A stretch of 64,000 nt of DNA. Source: Spirochaetia bacterium (lineage in GTDB: Bacteria > Spirochaetota > Spirochaetia > UBA9216). The notes under the pieces are model-generated. The model was not told where the DNA came from and searched no databases. It saw only the letters and a program-made list of their open reading frames with translations. Positions 9,090 through 19,017 of this stretch are shown here, piece after piece. The first letter of the stretch is position 1; each line of letters opens with the position of its first letter. The stretch spans positions 352,001-416,000 of the forward strand of contig OZ223270.1 in NCBI GenBank assembly GCA_965140585.1. Direction: 5' to 3'. The translations under genes and the position numbers were made by a program.

Positions 9090-10229
9090 ATGAAATACAG
9101 AAAATTCGGAAAAACAAATCTTGAGGTATCTGTTTTAGGCTTCGGCTGTATGCGGCTGCCCTTAACACAGGGCTCTGAAAATGAAGTTGACAGAAAGGAA
9201 AGTATCAGGCTGATACGTGACGGAATCGATCGCGGAATTAACTACATCGACACAGCCTATCCCTACCACAACGGTGAAAGTGAAATAATCACCGGTGAAG
9301 CCCTGAAAGACGGCTACAGAGACCGAACATACCTGGCAACAAAACTACCGTCCTGGCTAGTAAAATCCAGAGCAGATATGGATAAACTGCTTGATGAACA
9401 GCTGAAAAAGCTTGGTACGGACCACATCGATATGTACCTGCTTCATGCCCTGAATACTGACCTCTGGGAAAACCTTCAGAAACATAAAGTCTTTGATTTT
9501 ATAGAAAAAGCAAAAGCTTCAGGCAGGATAAAGCATATCGGTTTTTCCTTTCATGATGAGCTGCCTATTTTTAAAACAATTGTTGACGCCTATGACTGGG
9601 AGTTCTGCCAGATTCAGTACAACCTGATGGATGTTGATTATCAGGCAGGCCGCAGCGGCCTTGAATATGCTGCAAAAAAAGATCTTGGTATAGTAATTAT
9701 GGAACCGCTTCGGGGAGGCAGCCTGGTAAGAAATATTCCTGATGATATAAACAGCCTTTGGAAAAGCAGTGCTACGCTGAAATCGCCGGTCGAAGCGGCT
9801 TTCCGTTTTGCCTGGAACCACCCCGGTGTCGGAACCGTGTTAAGCGGTATGAACTCTCAGCAGCAGCTTGATGAAAACCTTGAGGCTGCAGATAACTCAG
9901 TGCCGGAATCGCTTACAGAGAATGAATCAGCACTGCTGAATACTATCCGTAAAGAGTACCGGGCAAGAATAGCTGCAGACTGTACAAACTGTAAATACTG
10001 CATGCCCTGCCCGTCCGGTGTTGATATTCCCGCAAACCTCGGCTTTCTGAATAATGTCTCTATGTACGGAAACCTTGAACCCTTTAAGACCGGATATACA
10101 AGGTTTTTTGCAGAGGAAAAAAAGGCCCACAACTGCACCGAATGCGGAAGCTGTGAGCCCTCCTGTCCTCAGAAGATTGAAATAATCAAACACCTTAAAG
10201 AGCTTGATAAAATAATGAATCCTGCTTAA
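9090..10229 (+). CDS. Aldo/keto reductase with C-terminal 4Fe-4S dicluster
   Basis: LGFGCMRLP, IDTAYPY, LATKLP; CTNCKYCMPCP and CTECGSCEPSCP. Confidence 0.92.
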   Translation: MKYRKFGKTNLEVSVLGFGCMRLPLTQGSENEVDRKESIRLIRDGIDRGINYIDTAYPYHNGESEIITGEALKDGYRDRTYLATKLPSWLVKSRADMDKLLDEQLKKLGTDHIDMYLLHALNTDLWENLQKHKVFDFIEKAKASGRIKHIGFSFHDELPIFKTIVDAYDWEFCQIQYNLMDVDYQAGRSGLEYAAKKDLGIVIMEPLRGGSLVRNIPDDINSLWKSSATLKSPVEAAFRFAWNHPGVGTVLSGMNSQQQLDENLEAADNSVPESLTENESALLNTIRKEYRARIAADCTNCKYCMPCPSGVDIPANLGFLNNVSMYGNLEPFKTGYTRFFAEEKKAHNCTECGSCEPSCPQKIEIIKHLKELDKIMNPA

Positions 10230-10933
10230 TGCACAGTCAACATTGTCCTCCACTTATCGTAGGGGGTATCAAGCTGCATTTTAAGCTTTTCACGATAGGA
10301 ATCCAGACGGTCGTCGTGCCAGCTCACGAAGGGATTCACTTTTTTCTCCAGACCGATAGTTGAAAAAAGCTGCTTCCTGTTTCTTATTCGAAGGTAGGCT
10401 TCAAAATCGGTGTTGTCCGGATCAATTTCACGGATGACACCGGTTGCATATTCAAAGATATCATGCCCGCAGTAGATTTCAGTTTCATCCGGATAAGCCA
10501 TTACCGCTGAAAGCGACTTAAAATACAGAGGATAATCCTTCGTGTAGCAGTTGCCCACTGTTCCGGTGAACAGTGTATCTCCTGTAATCAGCTTTCCATC
10601 GGTATAAAACACCACAGAATCTGCCGAATGACCTGGTGTCCGTAGAACCTCAACGCGTTCATCCCCCAGTGTAAAAGATTCCGGAATATCCTTGGAAGAT
10701 GGATCAATTACTACTGCTGCATGCGCCGATAATTTTTCATTCCCAGCAATATGATCGGAATGCATATGTGTATTTGTCATCACTTTCAGCTTCAGACCGT
10801 TTTTATCACAGTAGCCAAGGATTTCTTCCGCAGCACAGCCGTCTATGACAGCAGCTTCGGAACCCGACCATATGAGATACCCGAAAACAAATCCAAGTCC
10901 GGGATAATCAAATTTAAACTGTTCAATATTCAT
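10226..10933 (-). CDS. Metallo-beta-lactamase fold hydrolase (glyoxalase II/GloB-like)
   Basis: THMHSDH, TPGHS, TGDTLF, CGH, EKKVNPF. Confidence 0.85.
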   Translation of the reverse strand: MNIEQFKFDYPGLGFVFGYLIWSGSEAAVIDGCAAEEILGYCDKNGLKLKVMTNTHMHSDHIAGNEKLSAHAAVVIDPSSKDIPESFTLGDERVEVLRTPGHSADSVVFYTDGKLITGDTLFTGTVGNCYTKDYPLYFKSLSAVMAYPDETEIYCGHDIFEYATGVIREIDPDNTDFEAYLRIRNRKQLFSTIGLEKKVNPFVSWHDDRLDSYREKLKMQLDTPYDKWRTMLTVH

Positions 10934-11022
10934 GCTTATAAAATACTACCATTATCAGCATATAGTAAATATTTACATAGGGGTAAAATATAGAACTCCC
11001 TTTTGTTTTGGATTTTATTGAA

Positions 11023-11051
11023 TTGACGCAAGAACATATTAGAGTTAATAT
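11023..11051 (+). promoter_or_regulatory. Sigma70 promoter of tRNA-Ala
   Basis: TTGACG-17 bp-TAATAT, 9 nt before the tRNA. Confidence 0.7.
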
Positions 11052-11060
11052 TTTTGAACC

Positions 11061-11134
11061 GGGGCTGTAGCTCAGCTGGCTAGAGCGGTTGGTTCGCAAT
11101 CAACAGGCCGTGGGTTCGACTCCCATCAGCTCCA
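11061..11134 (+). tRNA. tRNA-Ala (anticodon CGC); CCA not encoded
   Basis: Cloverleaf: acceptor GGGGCTG/CAGCTCC with the G3-U70 alanine identity pair, D arm GCTC/GAGC, anticodon arm GTTGG-TTCGCAA-TCAAC, T arm GTGGG-TTCGACT-CCCAT, discriminator A. Confidence 0.97.
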
Positions 11135-11184
11135 GAAATATTTCTTGCTGAATACGCATCTAACCCCTTATAATTCTGATAGTT

Positions 11185-12978
11185 ATGAAAAAAAAGATCC
11201 TGCTGGTTGAGGATGAAGCTATTCTGGCCATGTCGGAAGCTTCGACCCTTGAAAAGGCCGGATTTGATGTAATCACTGCAGCTGACGGAGATGAAGCCCT
11301 TAGTTATATCAAAACCGACCATGAAATATCCCTCGTGCTGATGGACATTGACCTGGGTTCCGGAATCGACGGAACAGAAACCTCACGTCTCATTCTAAGT
11401 TTCAAGCAGATTCCTATTATTTTTCTGACAAGTCATTCCGAAAAGGCCATGGTTGAAAAAGTTAAGGATATTACAAAATACGGTTATGTTCTTAAAAACT
11501 GCGGCGAATTCGTTCTAATTGAAGCTATCAAAATGGCGTATGAACTTTTTGAAGCGAACAGCAGCATCACCACAAGAGAAATTGAATACAGGGAAATTGT
11601 AAATGATCTTGAAGCTGCCATTCTTAAATTCAACAAACAGGGAGAAATAATATTCTTCAGCCGCGGAGCGGAAAATATCTTTGGCTATAAGGCTGAGGAA
11701 GTGATTGGAAAAAAAAGCATAGAAACAATAAATCCCAGAATTGATAAATTTGGAAACGACCATTCGTTAATGATAAAAAATATATTCTCCTCCCCTGATA
11801 AATTCCGCTTCCACCGAAACGAAAACCGGACTAAGGACGGTACCAATTTATGGATGAGCTGGAATAATAAACTTGTAAAGGATCAGTACGGAAATAATCT
11901 TTACATGCTATGTATCGGTAATGATTTGAGTGATCAGATAAGGGCAAGAGAAACACTCAAATATACTGAGGATATTCTCTCAAAAATATCTGAAAATGAA
12001 AGAGTCTGGCAGGCCGCAATTGAAAGTGCAGGAGACGGCGTCTGGGACTGGAATACAATCACAAATAAAGTATTCTTTTCAAAAACCTGGAAAAATATGC
12101 TTGGATATTCCGAAGAGGAAATTGAGGACAACGTTGAAGAATGGATTTCAAGGATCCATCCGGATGATAAGGAAAGGAGCCTTGAAGCCGTCAGGAATTA
12201 CATTTCAGGAATAACCGATCACTATAAGAGCGTCCATCGTCTAAGAGATAAATCAGGTAATTATCACTGGATACTGGACAGAGGTAAGATTATTGAAAAA
12301 GATATCGATGGAAAAGTACTTCGGATGGTCGGAACTCATACGGATATATCGGTTCAGAAAGAATCAGAGAAACAGCTTCTTCAGCTCAATGAAGAGAAAG
12401 GCTTTTTATTAAAAGAGATCCACCACAGGGTAAAAAACAATCTACTTATCATATCCTCACTTATCAGTCTTAAAGAAGGAGTGAGCGGAGATAATCTTTC
12501 AGATATTAAAAACCAGATTGACGCCATTCGCATAATCCATGATAAGCTCTACAGGGGGAATTCGCAAACAAACGTACCCTTCGGTGATTACTGTACAGAT
12601 CTTTTATATACAATTTTTGAAACTTTTCTTGATACAGGGATTAAAATAAACATAGACTCAGAAGAAATCTCAATACCCGAAGATAAAATAGTCTCTTTGG
12701 GGCTGTTTATAAATGAGATTGCAACTAATGCAGTTAAATATGCCTTTCATAACAACGAAAATCCGGAATTTTCTGTAAGCCTGAAGCCTGATGAAAAGTC
12801 AGATACGCATATACTTAAAATTCAAAACAATGGACCGGCACTGCCCGACAATCTCATAATAGAAGAAGCAGAGACGCTGGGAATGAGGCTGATGACCTCT
12901 CTGGCAATGCAGTTAAGGGCTGACCTGAAGGTGGAAAAATCACCTCATCCTCAGTTTTCCTTAACCTTTAAACTATGA
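11185..12978 (+). CDS. Cytoplasmic hybrid sensor kinase REC-PAS-PAS-HisKA_2-HATPase
   Basis: N-terminal LLVEDE/LMDIDL receiver; PAS motifs (IFGYKAEEVIGK, DGVWDW...IHPDD); EIHHRVKNNL H-box; NEIATNAVKYAF. Confidence 0.9.
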   Translation: MKKKILLVEDEAILAMSEASTLEKAGFDVITAADGDEALSYIKTDHEISLVLMDIDLGSGIDGTETSRLILSFKQIPIIFLTSHSEKAMVEKVKDITKYGYVLKNCGEFVLIEAIKMAYELFEANSSITTREIEYREIVNDLEAAILKFNKQGEIIFFSRGAENIFGYKAEEVIGKKSIETINPRIDKFGNDHSLMIKNIFSSPDKFRFHRNENRTKDGTNLWMSWNNKLVKDQYGNNLYMLCIGNDLSDQIRARETLKYTEDILSKISENERVWQAAIESAGDGVWDWNTITNKVFFSKTWKNMLGYSEEEIEDNVEEWISRIHPDDKERSLEAVRNYISGITDHYKSVHRLRDKSGNYHWILDRGKIIEKDIDGKVLRMVGTHTDISVQKESEKQLLQLNEEKGFLLKEIHHRVKNNLLIISSLISLKEGVSGDNLSDIKNQIDAIRIIHDKLYRGNSQTNVPFGDYCTDLLYTIFETFLDTGIKINIDSEEISIPEDKIVSLGLFINEIATNAVKYAFHNNENPEFSVSLKPDEKSDTHILKIQNNGPALPDNLIIEEAETLGMRLMTSLAMQLRADLKVEKSPHPQFSLTFKL

Positions 12979-12996
12979 ATAAAAAACATTAAAAAT

Positions 12997-13025
12997 TTGA
13001 ATGCTTAATCCCCGTTTACTACAAT
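12997..13025 (+). promoter_or_regulatory. Sigma70-type promoter of mcp-cheW
   Basis: TTGAAT-17 bp-TACAAT, followed by RBS aggggg. Confidence 0.55.
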
Positions 13026-13058
13026 TAAAGCAAACGCATAATCTAGGGGGATTGAAGA

Positions 13059-15131
13059 ATGTTAAAAAACCTGCGGATGTCAGGAAAAATGCTGATTGGT
13101 TTCGGCAGTGTACTTTTGATTGTAGCAGCCGTAGTGGCTCTGACAGCTATAAATCTGTTAAAAATTGAGAATCTTGCCGGATCAATGGAGAATGAATATA
13201 TACCCGAAGTACAAACTGCCAATTCGCTTGAAAGGGACACCCTGCATATGATGCTGGGAACAAGAAGTTACGGACTCTCATTTAAAGATGAATATCTGGT
13301 AGAATCTGAAAACTATTCAAAAAAGATCGAAAAAGAACTGATAAACGCGAAAAATCTTGCTGAACAGTCCCCGGATCTGGTAAAACTGAACCAGTATGTC
13401 CTGAGCGCTGAAAGCAGTTACAGTATTTATAAAAACAGTACCGATAAAACCAACAATATTATTGTTGAAATTCTCGCTGAAAGAAGGGAACTTGATTCCT
13501 CAGCTGCTGAGTTTATGAAGAGCTCAGAATCTTTTATCAGCAGTCAGCATGAACAGTTTAATGAAGATTTGGCACTGAATAAGACAGATGCGGCAATGAG
13601 GGAAAGGCTTACAAAAATTGACCTCATGACTGACGTAACGAATCACGGGAATGAAGCCAGGGTAAAGGCCTTTAAGGGTCAGTTAAATACTGATGTAAAC
13701 ATCATATCTGAAGCTGTTTCAGAACTGAATGCGGCCCTTGAGAATATTACCGCTATCAGAGCGCTAACCCGTAAACAGCAGAATATTAACGAGCTTAATA
13801 ACATTTATTCCACGATGGAGCGATATAAAACTGCACTTCTAAAGATGGTTGGATTATACAAAGAAATGGACTCAATATTTGCTGAACGCAACAAGGCTGC
13901 CAATGAGTTTCTTTCCGCAGTGCAGACAATCAGTACAGCGGGGCTCACTGAAACTAAAACCAGAGCAGGCCTTACTTCCGAAACAATTGCATCAGCACTA
14001 CAGGTGCTGATGCTTGGTTTTATCACGGCTCTCGCTGTTTCAATACTTATTGCAGTACTTATTACCATTTCAATAGTTAAAGCCCTTAAAAAAGGCGTAG
14101 AGTTTGCATCCATTATGTCTGACGGAGATCTTACGGCTGTTCTGGATATTGACCAGAAAGATGAAATAGGAAAACTATCCGAAGCCTTGAAAACAATGCG
14201 TAACCGGTTGAAAGATGTGGTTGTTGAGGTCCGCGATTCTGCCAGAATGGTTTCACAGGGCAGTCAGCAGCTCGCAACAACTGCAGAGCAGATCTCACAG
14301 GGAGCAACCGAACAGGCATCGACAGCCGAGGAGGTCTCCTCTTCAATGGAGGAAATAGGAGCTTCAATCAGACAGAACACCGACAATGCTTCACAGACCG
14401 AAAAAATAGCATCAAAGGCTGCAGAAGACGCAGAGACCGGCGGAGGAGCCGTTCTAGAGGCTGTTAAAGCAATGAATTTAATTGCAGAAAAGATCAAGGT
14501 AATAGAAGAGCTTGCCAGAAACACCAATCTGCTTTCTCTCAATGCCGCAATAGAAGCGGCCAGAGCCGGCGAGCATGGAAAAGGATTCGCAGTTGTAGCG
14601 TCAGAGGTTGGTAAACTTGCGGCAAACAGCCAGAGCGCAGCGAATGAAATTCTAGCGCTGGCAAATTCAAGCGTTTCAAAAGCAAACACTGCAGGAGAAA
14701 AAATTCAGGATATAATTCCTGATATAAGAAGGACCGCTGATCTGGTTCAGGAAATCAGCGCTACCAGCATTGAACAGAATACAGGGGCAGATCAGGTTAA
14801 CCAGGTAATGCTCCAGCTTGACCAAGTTATTCAGATGAATGCAGCCTCTGCCGAAGAAAGCTCATCAATGTCCGAAGAATTATCAAGCCAGGCAGAGAAG
14901 CTTTTAGAAATGATAGGATTTTTCAAGGTGGATGAAGGTCGCAATACCTCATTGAAGCCGCCAAAAATAAAAAAAACAGACCAGACATCAGTAACATTAA
15001 AAAAAGAGTCGCCGGCATTGCCATATAAAAAGGAACCGGAACCGCCCAGGCATGATGACGAATCCTTTTTCAGGCCGGAAAAAAACAGTATTCAGGCAGA
15101 TAGCCTGGACGATAACTTCGAAGATTTTTAA
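13059..15131 (+). CDS. Transmembrane methyl-accepting chemotaxis protein (helical periplasmic sensor, HAMP, C-terminal NFEDF pentapeptide)
   Basis: Two TMs; HAMP (DEIGKL); [29 protein letters not shown] hairpin; terminal xFxxF CheR/CheB tether. Confidence 0.95.
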   Translation: MLKNLRMSGKMLIGFGSVLLIVAAVVALTAINLLKIENLAGSMENEYIPEVQTANSLERDTLHMMLGTRSYGLSFKDEYLVESENYSKKIEKELINAKNLAEQSPDLVKLNQYVLSAESSYSIYKNSTDKTNNIIVEILAERRELDSSAAEFMKSSESFISSQHEQFNEDLALNKTDAAMRERLTKIDLMTDVTNHGNEARVKAFKGQLNTDVNIISEAVSELNAALENITAIRALTRKQQNINELNNIYSTMERYKTALLKMVGLYKEMDSIFAERNKAANEFLSAVQTISTAGLTETKTRAGLTSETIASALQVLMLGFITALAVSILIAVLITISIVKALKKGVEFASIMSDGDLTAVLDIDQKDEIGKLSEALKTMRNRLKDVVVEVRDSARMVSQGSQQLATTAEQISQGATEQASTAEEVSSSMEEIGASIRQNTDNASQTEKIASKAAEDAETGGGAVLEAVKAMNLIAEKIKVIEELARNTNLLSLNAAIEAARAGEHGKGFAVVASEVGKLAANSQSAANEILALANSSVSKANTAGEKIQDIIPDIRRTADLVQEISATSIEQNTGADQVNQVMLQLDQVIQMNAASAEESSSMSEELSSQAEKLLEMIGFFKVDEGRNTSLKPPKIKKTDQTSVTLKKESPALPYKKEPEPPRHDDESFFRPEKNSIQADSLDDNFEDF

Positions 15132-15161
15132 TCTGCAATAATTAAGACCAGGAGGTAAGTA

Positions 15162-15647
15162 ATGCAGGAAAATAAGATTAGCAATCAGTTTGTGACTTTC
15201 AGGATTGAAGAGGAGACCTATGCAATTGATGTCTTCAAGATCAGAGAAATTCTGGAGGTTCCTGAAATAACAAAAGTACCCGGAATGCCAAAAATGATAA
15301 GAGGTGTAATAAATATCCGTGGAGCAGTTGTGCCGGTTCTGGATTTAAAGATGAAATTCGGGCAGACAGAGACATCAAAAAACCAGGATACCGCTGTAAT
15401 AGTTACAGAGATAGACTCAGAAGGTGAAAATGTCCTGATGGGAATTATGGTCGATGCTGCTCAGGAAGTCATCACCCTGGAGAAGGAAAATATTGAAGAA
15501 CCGCCTAAGCTGGGAATCTTCATTGACAATAAATACCTTCTTGGAATGGGAAAAATAGGAGATAACTTCGTCATTATACTCAACATCGACAAACTGATGT
15601 CCAATGAAGAGCTAAGCATGGTCAACGCTCCGAAGGCAGAAGAATAG
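15162..15647 (+). CDS. cheW: Chemotaxis coupling protein CheW
   Basis: QFVTF, IREI, GVINIRGAVVPVLDL, GIMVD; RBS aggagg. Confidence 0.95.
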   Translation: MQENKISNQFVTFRIEEETYAIDVFKIREILEVPEITKVPGMPKMIRGVINIRGAVVPVLDLKMKFGQTETSKNQDTAVIVTEIDSEGENVLMGIMVDAAQEVITLEKENIEEPPKLGIFIDNKYLLGMGKIGDNFVIILNIDKLMSNEELSMVNAPKAEE

Positions 15648-15649
15648 AC

Positions 15650-15683
15650 TATAAAACCGGCTGTAAAAACAGCCGGTTTTATA
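15650..15683. terminator. Bidirectional Rho-independent terminator
   Basis: Perfect inverted repeat tataaaaccggctgt-aaaa-acagccggttttata. Confidence 0.85.
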
Positions 15684-15727
15684 TAAAAATCGGAGAAAAT
15701 GGAGAAAGATCCATCTAAAGAAAAATT

Positions 15728-16258
15728 GTGATAAGTCGAAATATAACTATGACTACTGTCAAAGAAGATAAGATTGCTAAAGCCTGTAACATCCTTTTTG
15801 GCGAAGATTTTACAGTAGATAAAGACACAATAAATTACATACAGATCTCCGGTATAAAAAGAGCATTCAGAACAAAAGTAAAGGAATGTCATCCGGATAT
15901 CGCCATCCAGCGGGGTGAAACGGAAAATGCTGAAAAGCAGTTTATTACGCTTAAAGCTGCATACGATTTTCTGGTTTCCGTAAAAACAACACCTGCAGCG
16001 GAACGCTCCTACTCTAAAAAAGAAAGTTCAACACGCAGCGTTCCCAGACGAAGACTTAGACTTGGAGAATACCTTTACTATGCAGGAAAAATTGACTGGA
16101 ATCAGTTTATTTCAGCAATGGCATGGCAGAACATCTCTGAAAAAAAGAACAGCCGTAAACCAAGAATCGGAGACTACTTCATTATTAATAGTATTCTCTC
16201 CCCTTCCGAGATCGGTTTTGCAGTTTTCAAGATGAATATTCATAATTCTAATTATTAA
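15728..16258 (+). CDS. J-domain (DnaJ-like) protein with C-terminal MshEN-like motifs
   Basis: IKRAFRTKVKECHPD...FITLKAAYDFL J-domain; RLGEYLYYAGKIDWNQFISAMAWQ and RIGDYF repeats. Start may be ATG 15749. Confidence 0.75.
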   Translation: MISRNITMTTVKEDKIAKACNILFGEDFTVDKDTINYIQISGIKRAFRTKVKECHPDIAIQRGETENAEKQFITLKAAYDFLVSVKTTPAAERSYSKKESSTRSVPRRRLRLGEYLYYAGKIDWNQFISAMAWQNISEKKNSRKPRIGDYFIINSILSPSEIGFAVFKMNIHNSNY

Positions 16259-16845
16259 AAAAGGACTACCCGTCCACCGTCTTCCGTACCGCTTAAACGT
16301 TCCTTGTACTCTTTCATGAGTCTGTCGAGGTTTGTTCGGTCGGTTTTTATCTTTCTAACTTTAACCCGGAAATCCTTAACATCCAGATAAATTTTTCTGG
16401 CCAAAACCCCGCCGGTATCTTCAGCGGCTACAGGGATTCTTTCAGTTTTAAGAAATTCGAGAGCAAACTTGATGTTTTCTTTTCCAATTTCCATGTGACT
16501 TGATTTGGTTTCAAGAACACTGCTGCCGCCGAAAACCTTGGCTACAAAATTACTTTTCCGCCCCCCGGCTTTCAGAAGCAGATTTATAAGCGCCTCCATA
16601 GCAAACACTCCGTATCTTTCCAGGTTAAAATATTTTTCACGGCTTTTTATTGCTTCCATATCAACAGTCTTTGTAAGCATGAAATGATTAAGCCCGCTGA
16701 ATTTTATTGAGGGATCTGTCAGCGCCACAGCTACACATGAGCCAAGAACAGTATTTATCATTATATCTTCCCCGGAAGCAAAGAATTCTCCCGGGGCAAT
16801 GTTCATTGTCTGTTTCTGAAACTTGCTGTCAAAATACTGATACAT
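16255..16845 (-). CDS. cheD: Chemoreceptor glutamine deamidase CheD
   Basis: TVLGSCVAV, GLNHFML, AKVFGG, IGKENI, EDTGG..ARKI. Confidence 0.95.
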   Translation of the reverse strand: MYQYFDSKFQKQTMNIAPGEFFASGEDIMINTVLGSCVAVALTDPSIKFSGLNHFMLTKTVDMEAIKSREKYFNLERYGVFAMEALINLLLKAGGRKSNFVAKVFGGSSVLETKSSHMEIGKENIKFALEFLKTERIPVAAEDTGGVLARKIYLDVKDFRVKVRKIKTDRTNLDRLMKEYKERLSGTEDGGRVVLF

Positions 16846-16861
16846 TATCTGATTACTTTTT

Positions 16862-17227
16862 TCAGCCTATAACCTTTTTCACAGTGGCAATAAGTTTATC
16901 GTTGGAAAAAGGCTTTACTATCCATCCGGTTGCACCGGCATTTTTGCCTTCCTGCATTATAGAAGCCTGAGATTCAGTTGTAAGAACCAGAATAGGTGTG
17001 AATTTATGAATATCCGTAGCCCTCAATTCTTTTACCATGGTTATTCCGTCCATATTAGGCATATTCACATCTGTAATTATCAAATCAACCTTTTCAGATT
17101 TCAGCTTGTTAAGCCCATCCTGCCCGTCACAGGCTTCCATGGTTTCATATCCATTCTCTTTCAGAATAAAACTGACACTCTGTCTTATTGCATTTGAGTC
17201 ATCTACTATTATTATTTTCTGGGCCAT
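16862..17227 (-). CDS. cheY: Chemotaxis response regulator CheY
   Basis: IIVDDS, ITDVNMPNMDG, LTTES, GATGWIVKPF. Confidence 0.93.
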   Translation of the reverse strand: MAQKIIIVDDSNAIRQSVSFILKENGYETMEACDGQDGLNKLKSEKVDLIITDVNMPNMDGITMVKELRATDIHKFTPILVLTTESQASIMQEGKNAGATGWIVKPFSNDKLIATVKKVIG

Positions 17228-17241
17228 TCTGTACTCCTTAT

Positions 17242-19017
17242 TTAAAACAATGTAATCTCACCTGCTTCCAGAGCAGATTCTTCAACTTCAAAGCCGCTGA
17301 TATCACCGGCCGTTTTTTTATGGGTGTATATTGTAAATTTGTCAATAACTGTATTCAGCGAATCATTTTCAATCCGCCATTCTGAAAGTCCTCTGTTTTT
17401 AAGATTTTCCAGATAAACCGGTTCAACAGTCTTCTTCAGCTTTGAAAGCTGATTAATAACATCTCCCATATCTTTTGCCAGGATCTTCAGATCCTCCATC
17501 TCCTGCACTGAAATACTGAACAGATCCTTGAACTCACGTGTAAAAAAATTCAGTTTATTAAGTGTGGATGAGAAGTTCACATTTATTTCATGGAAATTGG
17601 CAGAGTGCACTTCGACATCCTTTGTAAAAAGACCTAAAAACTGTTTTTCTACTTTCAGATATTCATTGTATTCCGAATATATTTCACCTGTAGTGCCGAT
17701 AAATTTTCCAGTAAACTTCTGACCATCTTTAATCTGTTCCTGAATTCTGGTTACAAGCTCAGTCATATCATCAACGGATCCGACCATCTCACTGAGCATT
17801 CTGCTCTTTGTTAATTCGATACGGGAAAGAACAGTAACATTCTGCAGCCAATCCGAAATTTTTTCAAAATTGACAATATCATCGGATATGCTGCGGACAT
17901 GTGACAGAATCTCTGTAATTATCTTAAGATGCTCTCTGCGTTTTTCAGACAGGCTATTGATATTATTCTGAAGTTTAAGAAAGATATCTTTCGCCATCCC
18001 GATACCGGCTACCTTCTGTTCAAAAGAACTTACAGCCCTGCTTTTATCAGCCTGGATAGATTCGAGTTTGGTACTTGCATTATTAAAATTTTCTAGAAAA
18101 ACACGAATCGTTGCATTAAGCCTTTCGGTAACCTCTTCAACCATAGAAACAGCAAGATCAATAAGTCTCAACCCGAACATAACCCTGTCCATCTGCTCAT
18201 CAGAAAGCGGCTGAGCTGAGTTGAGTATCGGATCGAATTCGGGGAGCTCCTTAATCGAAAGCAAAATCTGATCTATGGTCTGCCTGATTATATCCTGCTG
18301 CTGAAGTTCCTGCATAATTCGAAGGATATAGGAACGGACCTCATCCGACTCCCTTCTGAGCTGAAGAAGAAGAGTACTAATTATTTCCGACTCATTCTGA
18401 AAAGTATCCAGATTTGCCATTATCTGTCTTTCAACAGTATCCAGAAGGACCTTACGGTCTTCGCTCAGGGCTTTGTCTATAAGCAAAAACTCATCAAGAT
18501 GACGTTTCACTTCTTTACCCTTGAGCTCAAGCAAATCTGTGTTATTTATTGTGTCTCCGGTAACCTTTTTCAGGTTATCTGTAATTACAGAAAAGCCTTC
18601 TCCGCCTTTTCCGGCCCTTACAGCGTTTATCAGGGCGTTTAGCGAGACAATCTGTAGCGATTCTGATATTTCCCGTATTTCATCAATATACGACTGGGAA
18701 TCTGCATACTCCTGTATGGAAGAAGTCAGCCTGTCGGTTATATCCTGATCTTTCTTTTTATTCTCATCCAGCTCAAGCAGGTAATTTCTTGAGGACGACT
18801 TCTGCTCATCGATATAGGAGAGTAAGGTTTTTGATTTTTCATATTCACTTTTACCGCCCGGAATCTGAATAATTGATAAATTCTGAATAAGAGCCTCTGC
18901 AGTCTTAATTCCAGACTCCAGACTGCCCAATAATTCGGGGTAATGTTCAGCAATCCTGCCGAAAATATCTTCAGTTTCTTGTACTACTTTTTCCAGGCTC
19001 ACGTCAGTTAATTTCAT
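17242..19017 (-). CDS. Soluble atypical chemoreceptor-like coiled-coil protein
   Basis: No TM. Degenerate MCP hairpin SLNALINAVRAGKGGEGFSVIT, LQQQDIIRQ motif and a second degenerate hairpin; lies inside the che operon. Confidence 0.7.
   Translation of the reverse strand: MKLTDVSLEKVVQETEDIFGRIAEHYPELLGSLESGIKTAEALIQNLSIIQIPGGKSEYEKSKTLLSYIDEQKSSSRNYLLELDENKKKDQDITDRLTSSIQEYADSQSYIDEIREISESLQIVSLNALINAVRAGKGGEGFSVITDNLKKVTGDTINNTDLLELKGKEVKRHLDEFLLIDKALSEDRKVLLDTVERQIMANLDTFQNESEIISTLLLQLRRESDEVRSYILRIMQELQQQDIIRQTIDQILLSIKELPEFDPILNSAQPLSDEQMDRVMFGLRLIDLAVSMVEEVTERLNATIRVFLENFNNASTKLESIQADKSRAVSSFEQKVAGIGMAKDIFLKLQNNINSLSEKRREHLKIITEILSHVRSISDDIVNFEKISDWLQNVTVLSRIELTKSRMLSEMVGSVDDMTELVTRIQEQIKDGQKFTGKFIGTTGEIYSEYNEYLKVEKQFLGLFTKDVEVHSANFHEINVNFSSTLNKLNFFTREFKDLFSISVQEMEDLKILAKDMGDVINQLSKLKKTVEPVYLENLKNRGLSEWRIENDSLNTVIDKFTIYTHKKTAGDISGFEVEESALEAGEITLF

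Noticed and set aside
11080-11322. 80-aa minus-strand ORF
   Set aside because: Antisense shadow of tRNA-Ala and the kinase start; its C-terminus is the typical reverse translation of a tRNA.
11061-15647. Possible genomic island integrated at tRNA-Ala (AT-rich kinase gene directly downstream)
   Set aside because: No integrase, transposase or duplicated tRNA 3' end (att site) was seen in the window.
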